A DNA stretch of 64,000 nt from Armatimonadota bacterium. GTDB taxonomy: Bacteria > Armatimonadota > UBA5829 > DTJY01. Position numbers and translations under genes: made by a program. The stretch covers positions 1,538,788-1,602,787 of the forward strand of contig OY760504.1 of assembly GCA_963663705.1 (NCBI GenBank), given 5' to 3'. The notes below the pieces were generated by a model. The model searched no databases and was not told the origin of the DNA. It worked only from the letters and a program-made list of their open reading frames with translations. Positions 8,917 to 18,052 of the stretch are shown here, one piece after another. How positions within the stretch are numbered: the stretch's first letter is position 1; every line of letters starts with the position of its first letter.

Positions 8917-11562
8917 CTAATTCTTCGTGATGACACTGAATTCGATGGTAACGATCTCACTGGGACGAACGTCAAGACGGACAGTTCCACGGGAATCAAC
9001 AGCCAGGTTCATAAGGGGTTCCTCGTTCATGTTGACTCTGCGCGCAGATACCGAGCCATTTACTCGAATTTCCGCATCTTTAATCTCGGTGCCGCATACA
9101 TTGTAGAACCTGACTATAAGACTGTCCGTGCCTTCCCCTTGTTTTATGGCGCTCACCACTAGGCTACTCGGCGCTATCTCGATGAAACTATATGACAGCG
9201 GCAGAACACCATAGTGCGCCCCAGTCTGGGCACATATGAAAGGTGTGTTGAAACTGCCCGCCTCAGCCCACACGCGGGCGTCGCCCCAGCTGCCTGCATG
9301 CGGAAACACCGAATATTCTGACGTATGCTTGCCGATGCACTGAGCCCCTGGTGTTGGTATCACACCGGCGGTATCACCGCTTCCGCTTAAGCACCCGACG
9401 CATCTAAGCAGGGTGACCGCCACCGTTCTCGATTCGTCGTCGTACACCTCGTATTCAGGGAGACCCTTGTTCAGCACGGCAAGCCCCTTCTCGCCATCGT
9501 TCACATCCATCCACGATTTCTGGGGAAAGAATGTGGACGCACCCTGCCAATCCGAAGGAGGTCGAATCGAACGGGATACCACATCAAACGGCATCTCTGC
9601 ATGCGACACATCGGTTTTTACCCCTGACGGGAAGACTGCCCTCAACCTGTGATCTTTCGCTAAATTCTCGATCTCGGTCACTACGTCGACCCTGCTCGAC
9701 TTTGCGCTCAATGTGAACCGGCTCGTAACAGGGCATGCTACCGTTTCATACGATCGGCTGAGTTGGTCAGGGGTAGCAGATACAGGAATATTAAGGACGG
9801 ATTTACGTACAATTGTGGCAGATATCGGACTGTTGTCTATTATGCGAATCTCTGCATTATCGCTCGCAGTAGTTATCACCGTATCCTGTTCGGGTTTACC
9901 ATACCTGTATTCGTCCCCGACATCCCCTGCGTCTTCGAGCGCGCAGATGTTATCGAACGCACAGGCACCGTCATTGCTCTTTATGGAAATGCCGCCATTC
10001 GATATGCCCACTTCCAAATATTCGTTTGATATCTTCCCATCACCGATCGTGAGCCCTGCCACAGCGCGATCGCACTGACACGCAGAATCCACCGGTTTCA
10101 CCGTGTACGTCGTGTATCCGCATGACGGCACATTCTCAGCGATGAACTCTATGGTAAACTTTCGGGTCATCGCTGACATCGGTAGTTCTACCGGCGAATA
10201 GATACTCTTTGCGTAAATGACACTTTCAAGAAGCCTGTAAGGTACGCTACCGCCATCGGTATCTATCAGTTCGATTGCTTGCACATCAAGCGAATCGTCC
10301 ATCTGTGGGGCCTCCCTGGAGTTTTCACCAAGCTTAAACTCGATCTCGGCAATTACGCGTTCCGTTCGCACCCAGCTCAGCGGATTGAAGACGACCAATG
10401 TTTCGCCTTTTGTGCCGATCTGCGATGATATATGTGAGAGGCTCCGATCCGTCAACTCGCGCGCGATCTGTTCGACTTCGTCGAAACGGGGCATCATCTC
10501 TGCATGCACCTGATCTATGCTGCAACCGCATATAGAGTCGTGAGGATGGTTTTTCATCAGGTGTTTCCATGCGTAGCGAAGCATATCGCGCGGATACTCG
10601 GCGCCTGCCATGCTGGCAAAAGCACATGAAGGTTCCGTGTACTTCTCAAGCCACGTTTCACACTTCACGTTTGCCTGCTTTATGTACATCCTAGCCGATA
10701 GAGTACCGGCCAATACATTGCCATCACGGTCCTCACGCAACTCACCCTCCACCCGATTAAGCTTAAGGCCCTGCGTATCTATGCAATTTTTGACAGCCTC
10801 TATATACGCTGGAAAAGTGGTATGGACGAGGTGAACATCCCCTGCTGCCTCGTTCACCCGGCGGATGATATCTCCTACATCGCCCTGTGCCTCCAGATGA
10901 TCGACTCCGTTCATAAGGAGCAGTTCACCGGTTACTGTGTGGGGCGACATCTTTTCGCTGATGGATTTAGCGTACTCAATGGCCGCCGCCGTATCATTCG
11001 GAAAGCGCTGGGCATTGTTGTACCAGAATGCCATCAGCGATGCCACGACCTCCGACCCGTCAGGACTGGCCCAGATCATCTCCATCTTGTCATCGTCGCA
11101 TGCGAGCTGCTTGCCGCGGCCGAAGATCACTCCGTCGATCCCAAAACCTCTGAATATCTGGGGCATTTGGGAGATATTGCCGAACTGATCCGGGAGATAA
11201 CCAACTTTCATAACGCTCCCGAAATCAGCTGCAATCCTGTGACCGATAAGGAGGCTCCGAATCGTGGATTCTCCGCTGACCAGGTTTTCGTCATTCAACT
11301 GGTACCACGGCCCCACGAGTATCCGACCCTCGCTAATGTACTTTCTAAGCTTGGCCTCATTCTGCGGCTTTATTGCCAGGTAATCCTCAAGGACTATGGT
11401 CTGTCCATCCATGTTGAAGTACTTGAAGTCCGGTTCGTTATCCAGTATATCAAGCAGATGGTCTACGAGATCGACCAATCGTATTCTAAACTGTTGGAAT
11501 GTAAGATACCATTCCCTGTCCCAGTGTGTATGCGATATTACGTGCAGGTTATTCGTTTCCAA
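8917..11562 (-). CDS. GH38 alpha-mannosidase (MngB-like)
   Basis: HVISHTHWDREWY, GPWYQLNDE, GYLPDQFG, NGVDH, KNHPHDSICGCSID, VTLLRCVG. Confidence 0.92.
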   Translation of the reverse strand: METNNLHVISHTHWDREWYLTFQQFRIRLVDLVDHLLDILDNEPDFKYFNMDGQTIVLEDYLAIKPQNEAKLRKYISEGRILVGPWYQLNDENLVSGESTIRSLLIGHRIAADFGSVMKVGYLPDQFGNISQMPQIFRGFGIDGVIFGRGKQLACDDDKMEMIWASPDGSEVVASLMAFWYNNAQRFPNDTAAAIEYAKSISEKMSPHTVTGELLLMNGVDHLEAQGDVGDIIRRVNEAAGDVHLVHTTFPAYIEAVKNCIDTQGLKLNRVEGELREDRDGNVLAGTLSARMYIKQANVKCETWLEKYTEPSCAFASMAGAEYPRDMLRYAWKHLMKNHPHDSICGCSIDQVHAEMMPRFDEVEQIARELTDRSLSHISSQIGTKGETLVVFNPLSWVRTERVIAEIEFKLGENSREAPQMDDSLDVQAIELIDTDGGSVPYRLLESVIYAKSIYSPVELPMSAMTRKFTIEFIAENVPSCGYTTYTVKPVDSACQCDRAVAGLTIGDGKISNEYLEVGISNGGISIKSNDGACAFDNICALEDAGDVGDEYRYGKPEQDTVITTASDNAEIRIIDNSPISATIVRKSVLNIPVSATPDQLSRSYETVACPVTSRFTLSAKSSRVDVVTEIENLAKDHRLRAVFPSGVKTDVSHAEMPFDVVSRSIRPPSDWQGASTFFPQKSWMDVNDGEKGLAVLNKGLPEYEVYDDESRTVAVTLLRCVGCLSGSGDTAGVIPTPGAQCIGKHTSEYSVFPHAGSWGDARVWAEAGSFNTPFICAQTGAHYGVLPLSYSFIEIAPSSLVVSAIKQGEGTDSLIVRFYNVCGTEIKDAEIRVNGSVSARRVNMNEEPLMNLAVDSRGTVRLDVRPSEIVTIEFSVITKN

Positions 11563-11782
11563 TACTATCTCCCATTACAAGCCATGTTTACGGCTTTCTA
11601 TCATTTAACCTATTCGGCGTCGACTGATGCTATTCTTCGACGCCAACCGACCGATCATCTTTGCCTGTGGCCATTATCCGCATCCATGGCAAGGATATTC
11701 AGCCCCAACACGGAACCACTTACCGGCGGATAGTTCATAGCGGAAAATGGAACCCTGGGCTCAAATCCGTTATAAGAAACTG

Positions 11783-12928
11783 TCAGTCGCCATTAATTGA
11801 AATGGCTTCTGACGATAGCACCTCAACTCGAGGCTCCAGAATAAAGCGCTGATTGTCTTTGCTTCCTGCAATTCTATTCATTATGGCCCGAACTGCCACT
11901 TCACCGAGTTGCTCTATTGGTTGAATCACATTCGCAAAATACACATCGGATGGCAATTCTATGGGTAACTCATCAAAACATGCCAGAGCAAGCCGTTTTG
12001 TGTCCATACCGGATTCTGATATTGCCCTCCATGCACCCACCATAGCCGATGCGTTTGCTGCAAAAAGGCCGAATGAGTCTCCAACGTTACCGAGCATACC
12101 CTTGATCAGCTCGTATGCTGACTCTTCAAGACTTTGAGCGTAATCATGCGTCACAGATTTTATCTCAACATCAGAGCGATAATGGGAACGCATTGCCATT
12201 TTATAACCTTCACTACGGTCGAATATCGAGGATACACCCTCGCTGTCTGTTAGATGAATGATCGGTGAGACATTTCTATTTATGAGAAGGCTGGTTGCCT
12301 CATATGCGCCCTTGAAGTTATTTGTTGCAACGCAGTCGCTCTCGAAACCATCTATCCACCTGTCTATCAATACAAGAGGGATCCCTGCATCCTGGATCTT
12401 CTGCAGGCAATCCAGATTTTCTTCCTCTCCGATATAGAACACTATGGCTCCATCAAGTCGTCTGTTTGCTATATTGAGTAGATTTTCCCGCTCTGTCTCT
12501 ACGTTGCCATTATCTACGTACAGAAGAACGTTCGCGCCGTTCTTTCTGGTTTCCTCTTCAATATGGTTCAGGATGCGGACCGTGAATCTGGAGTAGTACT
12601 TAAACAACTGGCTTCCCTCATGAGCAATCTGATGGAGTACGACTCCTATTGTCAGAGGCGCTTCGGTATGATCCAGAACAAAAGTACCCTTGCCCTGCTG
12701 GCTAAACAGTAATCCTTCATTCACCAGAAGTGAAAGCGCACTGCGAACTGTAATTCGGCTAACGGAGTAAGTGCTGCACAGTTGACTTTCGGTTGGCAAT
12801 TTATCGCCAGGACGAAGTTCACCATCCCTTATTGCTTTAGTCAACTCCATATGCAACATCTGTATCTTGGATATTCGGTTTGGTTTATTCATAATCGGTA
12901 GCTCACAGTACTTGTCATTATGGCGCAA
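11783..12928 (-). CDS. GntR-HTH + LacI-type sugar-binding regulator (AraR-like); start possibly 12892
   Basis: PGDKLPTESQL…VSRITVRSAL…QGKGTFV then periplasmic-binding-fold domain (VATNNFKGAY, CFDE). Confidence 0.9.
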   Translation of the reverse strand: MRHNDKYCELPIMNKPNRISKIQMLHMELTKAIRDGELRPGDKLPTESQLCSTYSVSRITVRSALSLLVNEGLLFSQQGKGTFVLDHTEAPLTIGVVLHQIAHEGSQLFKYYSRFTVRILNHIEEETRKNGANVLLYVDNGNVETERENLLNIANRRLDGAIVFYIGEEENLDCLQKIQDAGIPLVLIDRWIDGFESDCVATNNFKGAYEATSLLINRNVSPIIHLTDSEGVSSIFDRSEGYKMAMRSHYRSDVEIKSVTHDYAQSLEESAYELIKGMLGNVGDSFGLFAANASAMVGAWRAISESGMDTKRLALACFDELPIELPSDVYFANVIQPIEQLGEVAVRAIMNRIAGSKDNQRFILEPRVEVLSSEAISINGD

Positions 12929-13040
12929 TACAGATCCTGACGATTATTCCTTATTGCCATTACATCGCTCAGAGAATGGCGCGCAGAACAAGATGGTCCA
13001 CGAACATTTCACTCTTCAATACTCTGCTCACCTTGACGTG

Positions 13041-13102
13041 TTGTAATGACAATACCCCATATTATTCGATAGGGCGATAAATATTCCTCCTTGTCATGAC
13101 AA
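13041..13102. promoter_or_regulatory. Two TTGT-N4-ACAA operator sites upstream of the AraR-like regulator
   Basis: TTGTAATGACAA at 13041-13052 and perfect palindrome TTGTCATGACAA at 13091-13102. Confidence 0.65.
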
Positions 13103-13261
13103 AAAAAATACAAATTTAGCGATTGCAGTATAGGCCACCAAAGTTCTGGCCTTTACTCCCCTACTTGATGAGCGCAAGTAGCAGACCGATGTCTTCAGAT
13201 TGAAGCGGTGAGTAGTTATCAGAGTGGGTATTATGGAGCAGCCGTGATCGCGGAGGTGTGA

Positions 13262-13300
13262 CAAAACAACCGCCGGTCAGTCAGCGACCGGCGGTTTGTG
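13262..13300. terminator. Intrinsic terminator ending the minus-strand GH130 operon, possibly bidirectional
   Basis: aaccgccggtc / gaccggcggtt 11-bp stem, followed by gttttgt on the minus strand. Confidence 0.7.
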
Positions 13301-13356
13301 ATCAAGACTAGTGTGAGCAGACCAGAGTGCGGATAAGCCCTTTTGCACCAGTATAC

Positions 13357-14340
13357 CTATATCATATTCGAAACTAAATCGGATACTTTACATGTCGCCA
13401 AACAAATACGCTTGTCGGCGGCACCATAGTAGACATAAAGGATTCCATCTACTACCGCATTTCCGCAAGGAAAGACACACTTGTTCCAAAGTCCATCACA
13501 TTCATATTCATATTCAGGCTCAAGAATGGGTTCCGCAGTGCGGCCGATTATTCTGGTTGGATTATGCAAGTCAAGAAGCATGGCGCCAGCTCTGTATATG
13601 CCATCAGGACATACCCCATGATATATTAACAACCATCCATTGTCTGTCTTTATAGGAGGGCAACTTGCCCCCACCTTTGTTTCCCACCAGAATTCGTTCT
13701 TTGCAAGGAGCACGCCATCGTTGAAATCCATCAGATCGTCCATGAAAGATATCCACATTGCAGGGAACTCCATGCCCGGCATATCCTTGTCGCGATGTAT
13801 AAGAACAAATTTGCCGCCTATCATCTCCGGGAACAGCACGACATCACGATTATCGGAATTTGGGGCTGTGATGCGTCCCATTCTGCGGAAAGATCGCAGA
13901 TCCGTGGACATCAGCAGACCTGAATTTGTAAGATTCTGCGTGATCATGAGAGGGGCTTCTCGAGGGCCGCCCGGCATGAAGGCGTCTCCTCCGGGATTCA
14001 ACCAGTACTGCCCAGGTCTGAATGGCCGGTATGCATATGTTATATAGAACCAATCTCCGAATTTAACAATCCTTGGGTCTTCGATGCAGCCTGCATCAGG
14101 GCCATCTACGCTTGGAGACAGTATCGGTTCATCAGAAACTCGCTCAAAGTTGAATCCGTCTCTGCTTTCCGCCAGTCCAAAATAAATGGGATGGCTGGGA
14201 TCATCGCCTGCTGCACGATAAAGCATGCTGAACACGCCGTTTTCGTGCCATATCCCGGGATTGCATACGGACAAATTTTCCCACGAGTTGTCGGGGTTTG
14301 GCTCAAGAACTGGGTTACCGTGATATTTTTGCAGTTTCAT
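13357..14340 (-). CDS. GH130 glycosidase/mannoside phosphorylase
   Basis: CNPGI, MLYRA, IEDPRI, NRDVVLFPE, LLIYHG, KCVFPCG, YYGAAD; start refined to the ATG 6 nt after GAGAGG. Confidence 0.9.
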   Translation of the reverse strand: MKLQKYHGNPVLEPNPDNSWENLSVCNPGIWHENGVFSMLYRAAGDDPSHPIYFGLAESRDGFNFERVSDEPILSPSVDGPDAGCIEDPRIVKFGDWFYITYAYRPFRPGQYWLNPGGDAFMPGGPREAPLMITQNLTNSGLLMSTDLRSFRRMGRITAPNSDNRDVVLFPEMIGGKFVLIHRDKDMPGMEFPAMWISFMDDLMDFNDGVLLAKNEFWWETKVGASCPPIKTDNGWLLIYHGVCPDGIYRAGAMLLDLHNPTRIIGRTAEPILEPEYEYECDGLWNKCVFPCGNAVVDGILYVYYGAADKRICLATCKVSDLVSNMI

Positions 14341-14380
14341 ATTCATCCTCTCGGCGTACAAAGTAATCGGTCTGCTGAAT

Positions 14381-15364
14381 TCAGCGCAATATAACAGGCA
14401 ATACATCCAACAGGTTAACGCACTCTGCCATCAGCAGGGGGCGTGCGCCACTGGCAGCAATATTTCCTCCCCCAACACCTATGGCCGAAAATCCTGCAAG
14501 ACGTATTGATACCACCCCAGCGCCTGAATCCTCAATCCCAACTACCTTGCGCCGTCTGGATTGATCTAGCCCCAGTCCAACTCGCGCCGTCTCTGCATAC
14601 AGCCATGGATGCGGCTTAGGCGACAGTTCACCGAGCGTACCTGCCTGCGTTTTGCCGAATGCATATCCGGCGGTTATTATGGCGTCATAGAATTGAAGTG
14701 GATCGCCCATCCCCAGCGTCTGAAATGCGGAGAGTATCTCCGGCCATGCTTTTTCATACAGGCCCGACGTCACAAGGCCTATTTTTACATCACGGCTCTT
14801 GAGATGCAGCAGGAATTCCTTCAAGCCGGGGACAGGTACAAAAGCGTTCTTTCTACCCCTGCCCTTGGTTATCTCCATCATCTCATGGCGTGTGATTTCG
14901 AAGTAACATCGTCGCACCTCTTCCACCGACTTATCCGGGCAGTACTTGTTGATGCAGTACTGAAGGTGCTCCGATACCGAATGGCCCGAAACATGCGGCT
15001 CATCCGATTCATCCAGCTCAAACCTGGGGTTTCCGAGTAGCCGGGCAGTGGTCTGCTCAATGATCCATATCCAGAAAGCCTCGCTCCGTACGCTTGTACC
15101 ATCAAGGTCCATCAGTACAACCTCAGCAGGCCCTTCCAATTCGGCATCCGGAAGCGGATATATGGCAGGATGACCCATTGCGGACTTCACATACGTCAGC
15201 GTCTTGTCACGAAAAACGATGAACTCGACCTTACGATCGAGAGGAGTGAGTATCTGATGCACACCATCGATGCCTACCCGCCACAGGCCATCGCCGCCCG
15301 TTTCGAGATCGATCAGGTCACCGGCATATTCCCGCCTTACGGTTCCTATTCCGGGGATATTCAC
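14381..15364 (-). CDS. HAD-superfamily phosphatase/phosphomutase with N-terminal extension
   Basis: MDLDGT motif I, VTSG motif II, KPHP, GIEDSGAGV motif IV; GTG start inferred from GGAAAGAGAG RBS. Confidence 0.8.
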   Translation of the reverse strand: MNIPGIGTVRREYAGDLIDLETGGDGLWRVGIDGVHQILTPLDRKVEFIVFRDKTLTYVKSAMGHPAIYPLPDAELEGPAEVVLMDLDGTSVRSEAFWIWIIEQTTARLLGNPRFELDESDEPHVSGHSVSEHLQYCINKYCPDKSVEEVRRCYFEITRHEMMEITKGRGRKNAFVPVPGLKEFLLHLKSRDVKIGLVTSGLYEKAWPEILSAFQTLGMGDPLQFYDAIITAGYAFGKTQAGTLGELSPKPHPWLYAETARVGLGLDQSRRRKVVGIEDSGAGVVSIRLAGFSAIGVGGGNIAASGARPLLMAECVNLLDVLPVILR

Positions 15365-15451
15365 TGGCTTTGTGTCTCTCTTTCCGCGACCTGCACTAAA
15401 CAGTATAACAAAGTGGCACATGACCGCCCTGCCATGTGCCACCTGGGATAT

Positions 15452-16147
15452 CTACAATCCACTCCACATAACGCCGTTGCCGTTTGCATCAATATCGATC
15501 AATGGGGAAACCATCTTCATCCATTTGACATGGCCGTCTACAAAGGCCACATTCGCTCCATCACTGTGCCGGGTAGCCATGCTTTCTTTGTATGTTCTAT
15601 TAGCATCCAATGCGCCCCAGCCTGGTGCGCAGAAATATGGTTCCCACGCAACAGCAGTCTTATCGATAAAACAGCCGGTACTCGAAGCGTCACGGATCTG
15701 GCTCAACGTTCGAGGCACACCATCACCGGCAGGCTGCCCATACAATAATTGATGTGCCAGATACAATCCGTTATAGCCATAGCTAGCGTATGTGTACCCG
15801 CCAGCCTCTATCTGAGGCCCCGAGGAAGCAGTTGGATCCGAGGGGCACATGTTAATTTTCACATTTCTCAGATATGGATCCAGCAGCGGCTTATGGCTGG
15901 CAAAATCTATGATGTAATCCATGCGACCTCCTGTAACGGCGACCAGGAGTGGGCACGTCTCGTCATAATCCTGCGTGTACATTTGCCAGGCAACCATTAT
16001 CTGTTTCAGATTACTCTGGCAACTTGCCTGCCTTGCCTTATCTCTGGCTTTCGCGAACACCGGGAAGAGTATAGCCGCAAGAATAGCTATTATAGCTATA
16101 ACTACTAGTAACTCGATCAGAGTAAACCCTCTTCTGCTTTTCATCAT
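15452..16147 (-). CDS. Prepilin-type N-terminal cleavage / DUF1559-like protein with H-X9-DG C-terminus
   Basis: [31 protein letters not shown]; [17 protein letters not shown]; GGAGG RBS. Confidence 0.92.
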   Translation of the reverse strand: MMKSRRGFTLIELLVVIAIIAILAAILFPVFAKARDKARQASCQSNLKQIMVAWQMYTQDYDETCPLLVAVTGGRMDYIIDFASHKPLLDPYLRNVKINMCPSDPTASSGPQIEAGGYTYASYGYNGLYLAHQLLYGQPAGDGVPRTLSQIRDASSTGCFIDKTAVAWEPYFCAPGWGALDANRTYKESMATRHSDGANVAFVDGHVKWMKMVSPLIDIDANGNGVMWSGL

Positions 16148-16232
16148 AACCCTCCACTGCAATTAATTATAAGTTACAGACACCGCATTCACGGCTAACA
16201 TACCTTGAGCAAAATGACATCTACAGGTTTTT

Positions 16233-18005
16233 CTAGAACCACTCGATGGATGCTTCTGCACAATGCACAGCCGGTCTATCTGCGTAGAGATCTTTAAGGC
16301 TGCGTTCGTAAAGTGGATACACCTCGTACAAATGGGTACTTGGAGTCAACTCTTCTCTGGACGGTCCACCACCCTTCTTGCACACTTTTAGCGCAGAATC
16401 TCCCATGAACTGAATATCGAAAACCTCCGGAGCAAATCCCCCGTGCAATACAGTATACTCTTCTTTTCGCTCCGCACAGGGCAAGCTAACCAAAACATCA
16501 TCGCCGGAATGTATGTCGCTTATGACAAGCCTTCCATCGGCGCGCTCGATGCCGGCTGGCGATCCATTCACAACTGCTGTAACGGCTGAGAACGATGCCC
16601 ACTCAGGCAATCGCACTTTCAGGTTACACGCGCGATCTGAATGAACACTCACCTGGATAACCGAGCCATCATCGGATTTGGAAACTTTCACTTCCGCATC
16701 CGGAATATGTCGGTCAACAAGCAAATTAACCATCAGATCATTGCCGGAAAACCGCAAAGTATGACTCCATGCCAGATACAGCGCCTTAAGACCGGCCGGG
16801 CCGCAACAGTTTTGAAAGAGCCTGAACTTGCCGACGTAATTCTCTGGCGGCGCATACGACTGAAGCCAGGGCGCACCGAATACAGGTACTATCCCAAGGA
16901 GATGATTAAACGCACTCCATCCTGCAAATCCACCAAGCATGCGAGAAGGCACGTCATCTCCGATAGAGAACTCGTCTCTGGGCCTTGACTGACCGGATTC
17001 GGCCCAGTGCGTACCCGTAAGCTGGCTTTCTATCAAGTGGTTTCTGACTATCTTTTCGGCATCCCCCCACTTACTCTCATCGCCATCCAGCGCCAGCAGC
17101 AGGGTAAGTTCAAGATAATCCATGATTCCGCATGTTTCACTGCGAAACACGGGATGATCCGGTAAGTTCAATACTTCAGGGACAAATCCACAAGGGCCAG
17201 CCAGTTCACGCGCATACTCCCATGCCAGACGGGCGAGGCGCACCCACTCAACATTGCCGGATGCCTTTCCGCAAACGAATACTCCGGCAGCCCCGGAAAG
17301 TTTGGAGTGCACGTGATGTTCGAATCGGCCGTTTTCGTCCAGGATGCGGGCTTTGTCCAGCAGGAATCGGCAAAGATCCACCGCAAGATCAAGGGCAGGT
17401 TGATAACCGGTCAACTCCCATGCCTTTACCAACGGTCGGAGCAACGGGCCCAGGTAGTAGCCGGAATCCGGCGCATTGTCGAAATCGATCGGTTCTTCCC
17501 ACTCACCATGCTTATATCGGCAACCCGGGATGAACCTGTAGCCATCACGCTCCGTAGATACGCTTATCAACCCGTCTATAATGCCGATAATCGCAGACTT
17601 CACCTGTGCGTCTGGATCGGCCATGTATGCGGAGCACAGCGCATACATCGTCCGTGACTGATCGAACATCTCTGCAACATTGCTCGAATAGGCAGTCAAC
17701 GGCCTGTAGCTAAATCCATCAGAGTCGAAATAGCTGAGCGTAAGCTCTCGAAGTCTGTTCAGATTTGCTGGAGGAACTCCGGTCATATCTCTTATCATGA
17801 GAGCGGCTTCCCAGTACCTGCTGCTCAGGTCACCGAAGTCCGGCCAATCGTGAAACAGCTCAACGGGAGACCCATCGAATACATCAAAATACGGTTGTCC
17901 CGTTACTGGATCGACTGTTCTTTCCAGGTAATTTACGGCAAGCTTTGCTCTCGATTCGAAATCGACAGCGCCCGATGCGGGCATTTTCGGGAGAGATTGA
18001 ATCAC
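16233..18005 (-). CDS. Divergent GH127/GH146-like (alpha/alpha)6 glycoside hydrolase
   Basis: SETCG and QNCCGP motifs equivalent to the Glu/Cys Zn site of GH127; C-terminal 'LKVRLPEWA' beta domain. Confidence 0.65.
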   Translation of the reverse strand: MIQSLPKMPASGAVDFESRAKLAVNYLERTVDPVTGQPYFDVFDGSPVELFHDWPDFGDLSSRYWEAALMIRDMTGVPPANLNRLRELTLSYFDSDGFSYRPLTAYSSNVAEMFDQSRTMYALCSAYMADPDAQVKSAIIGIIDGLISVSTERDGYRFIPGCRYKHGEWEEPIDFDNAPDSGYYLGPLLRPLVKAWELTGYQPALDLAVDLCRFLLDKARILDENGRFEHHVHSKLSGAAGVFVCGKASGNVEWVRLARLAWEYARELAGPCGFVPEVLNLPDHPVFRSETCGIMDYLELTLLLALDGDESKWGDAEKIVRNHLIESQLTGTHWAESGQSRPRDEFSIGDDVPSRMLGGFAGWSAFNHLLGIVPVFGAPWLQSYAPPENYVGKFRLFQNCCGPAGLKALYLAWSHTLRFSGNDLMVNLLVDRHIPDAEVKVSKSDDGSVIQVSVHSDRACNLKVRLPEWASFSAVTAVVNGSPAGIERADGRLVISDIHSGDDVLVSLPCAERKEEYTVLHGGFAPEVFDIQFMGDSALKVCKKGGGPSREELTPSTHLYEVYPLYERSLKDLYADRPAVHCAEASIEWF

Positions 18006-18052
18006 TTTTTGTTTCCCCTTTTTACGATGTGAGTATGCCTTTTATGCTTTGC

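Noticed and set aside
10822-11733. 303-aa plus-strand ORF
   Set aside because: Antisense shadow of the GH38 gene
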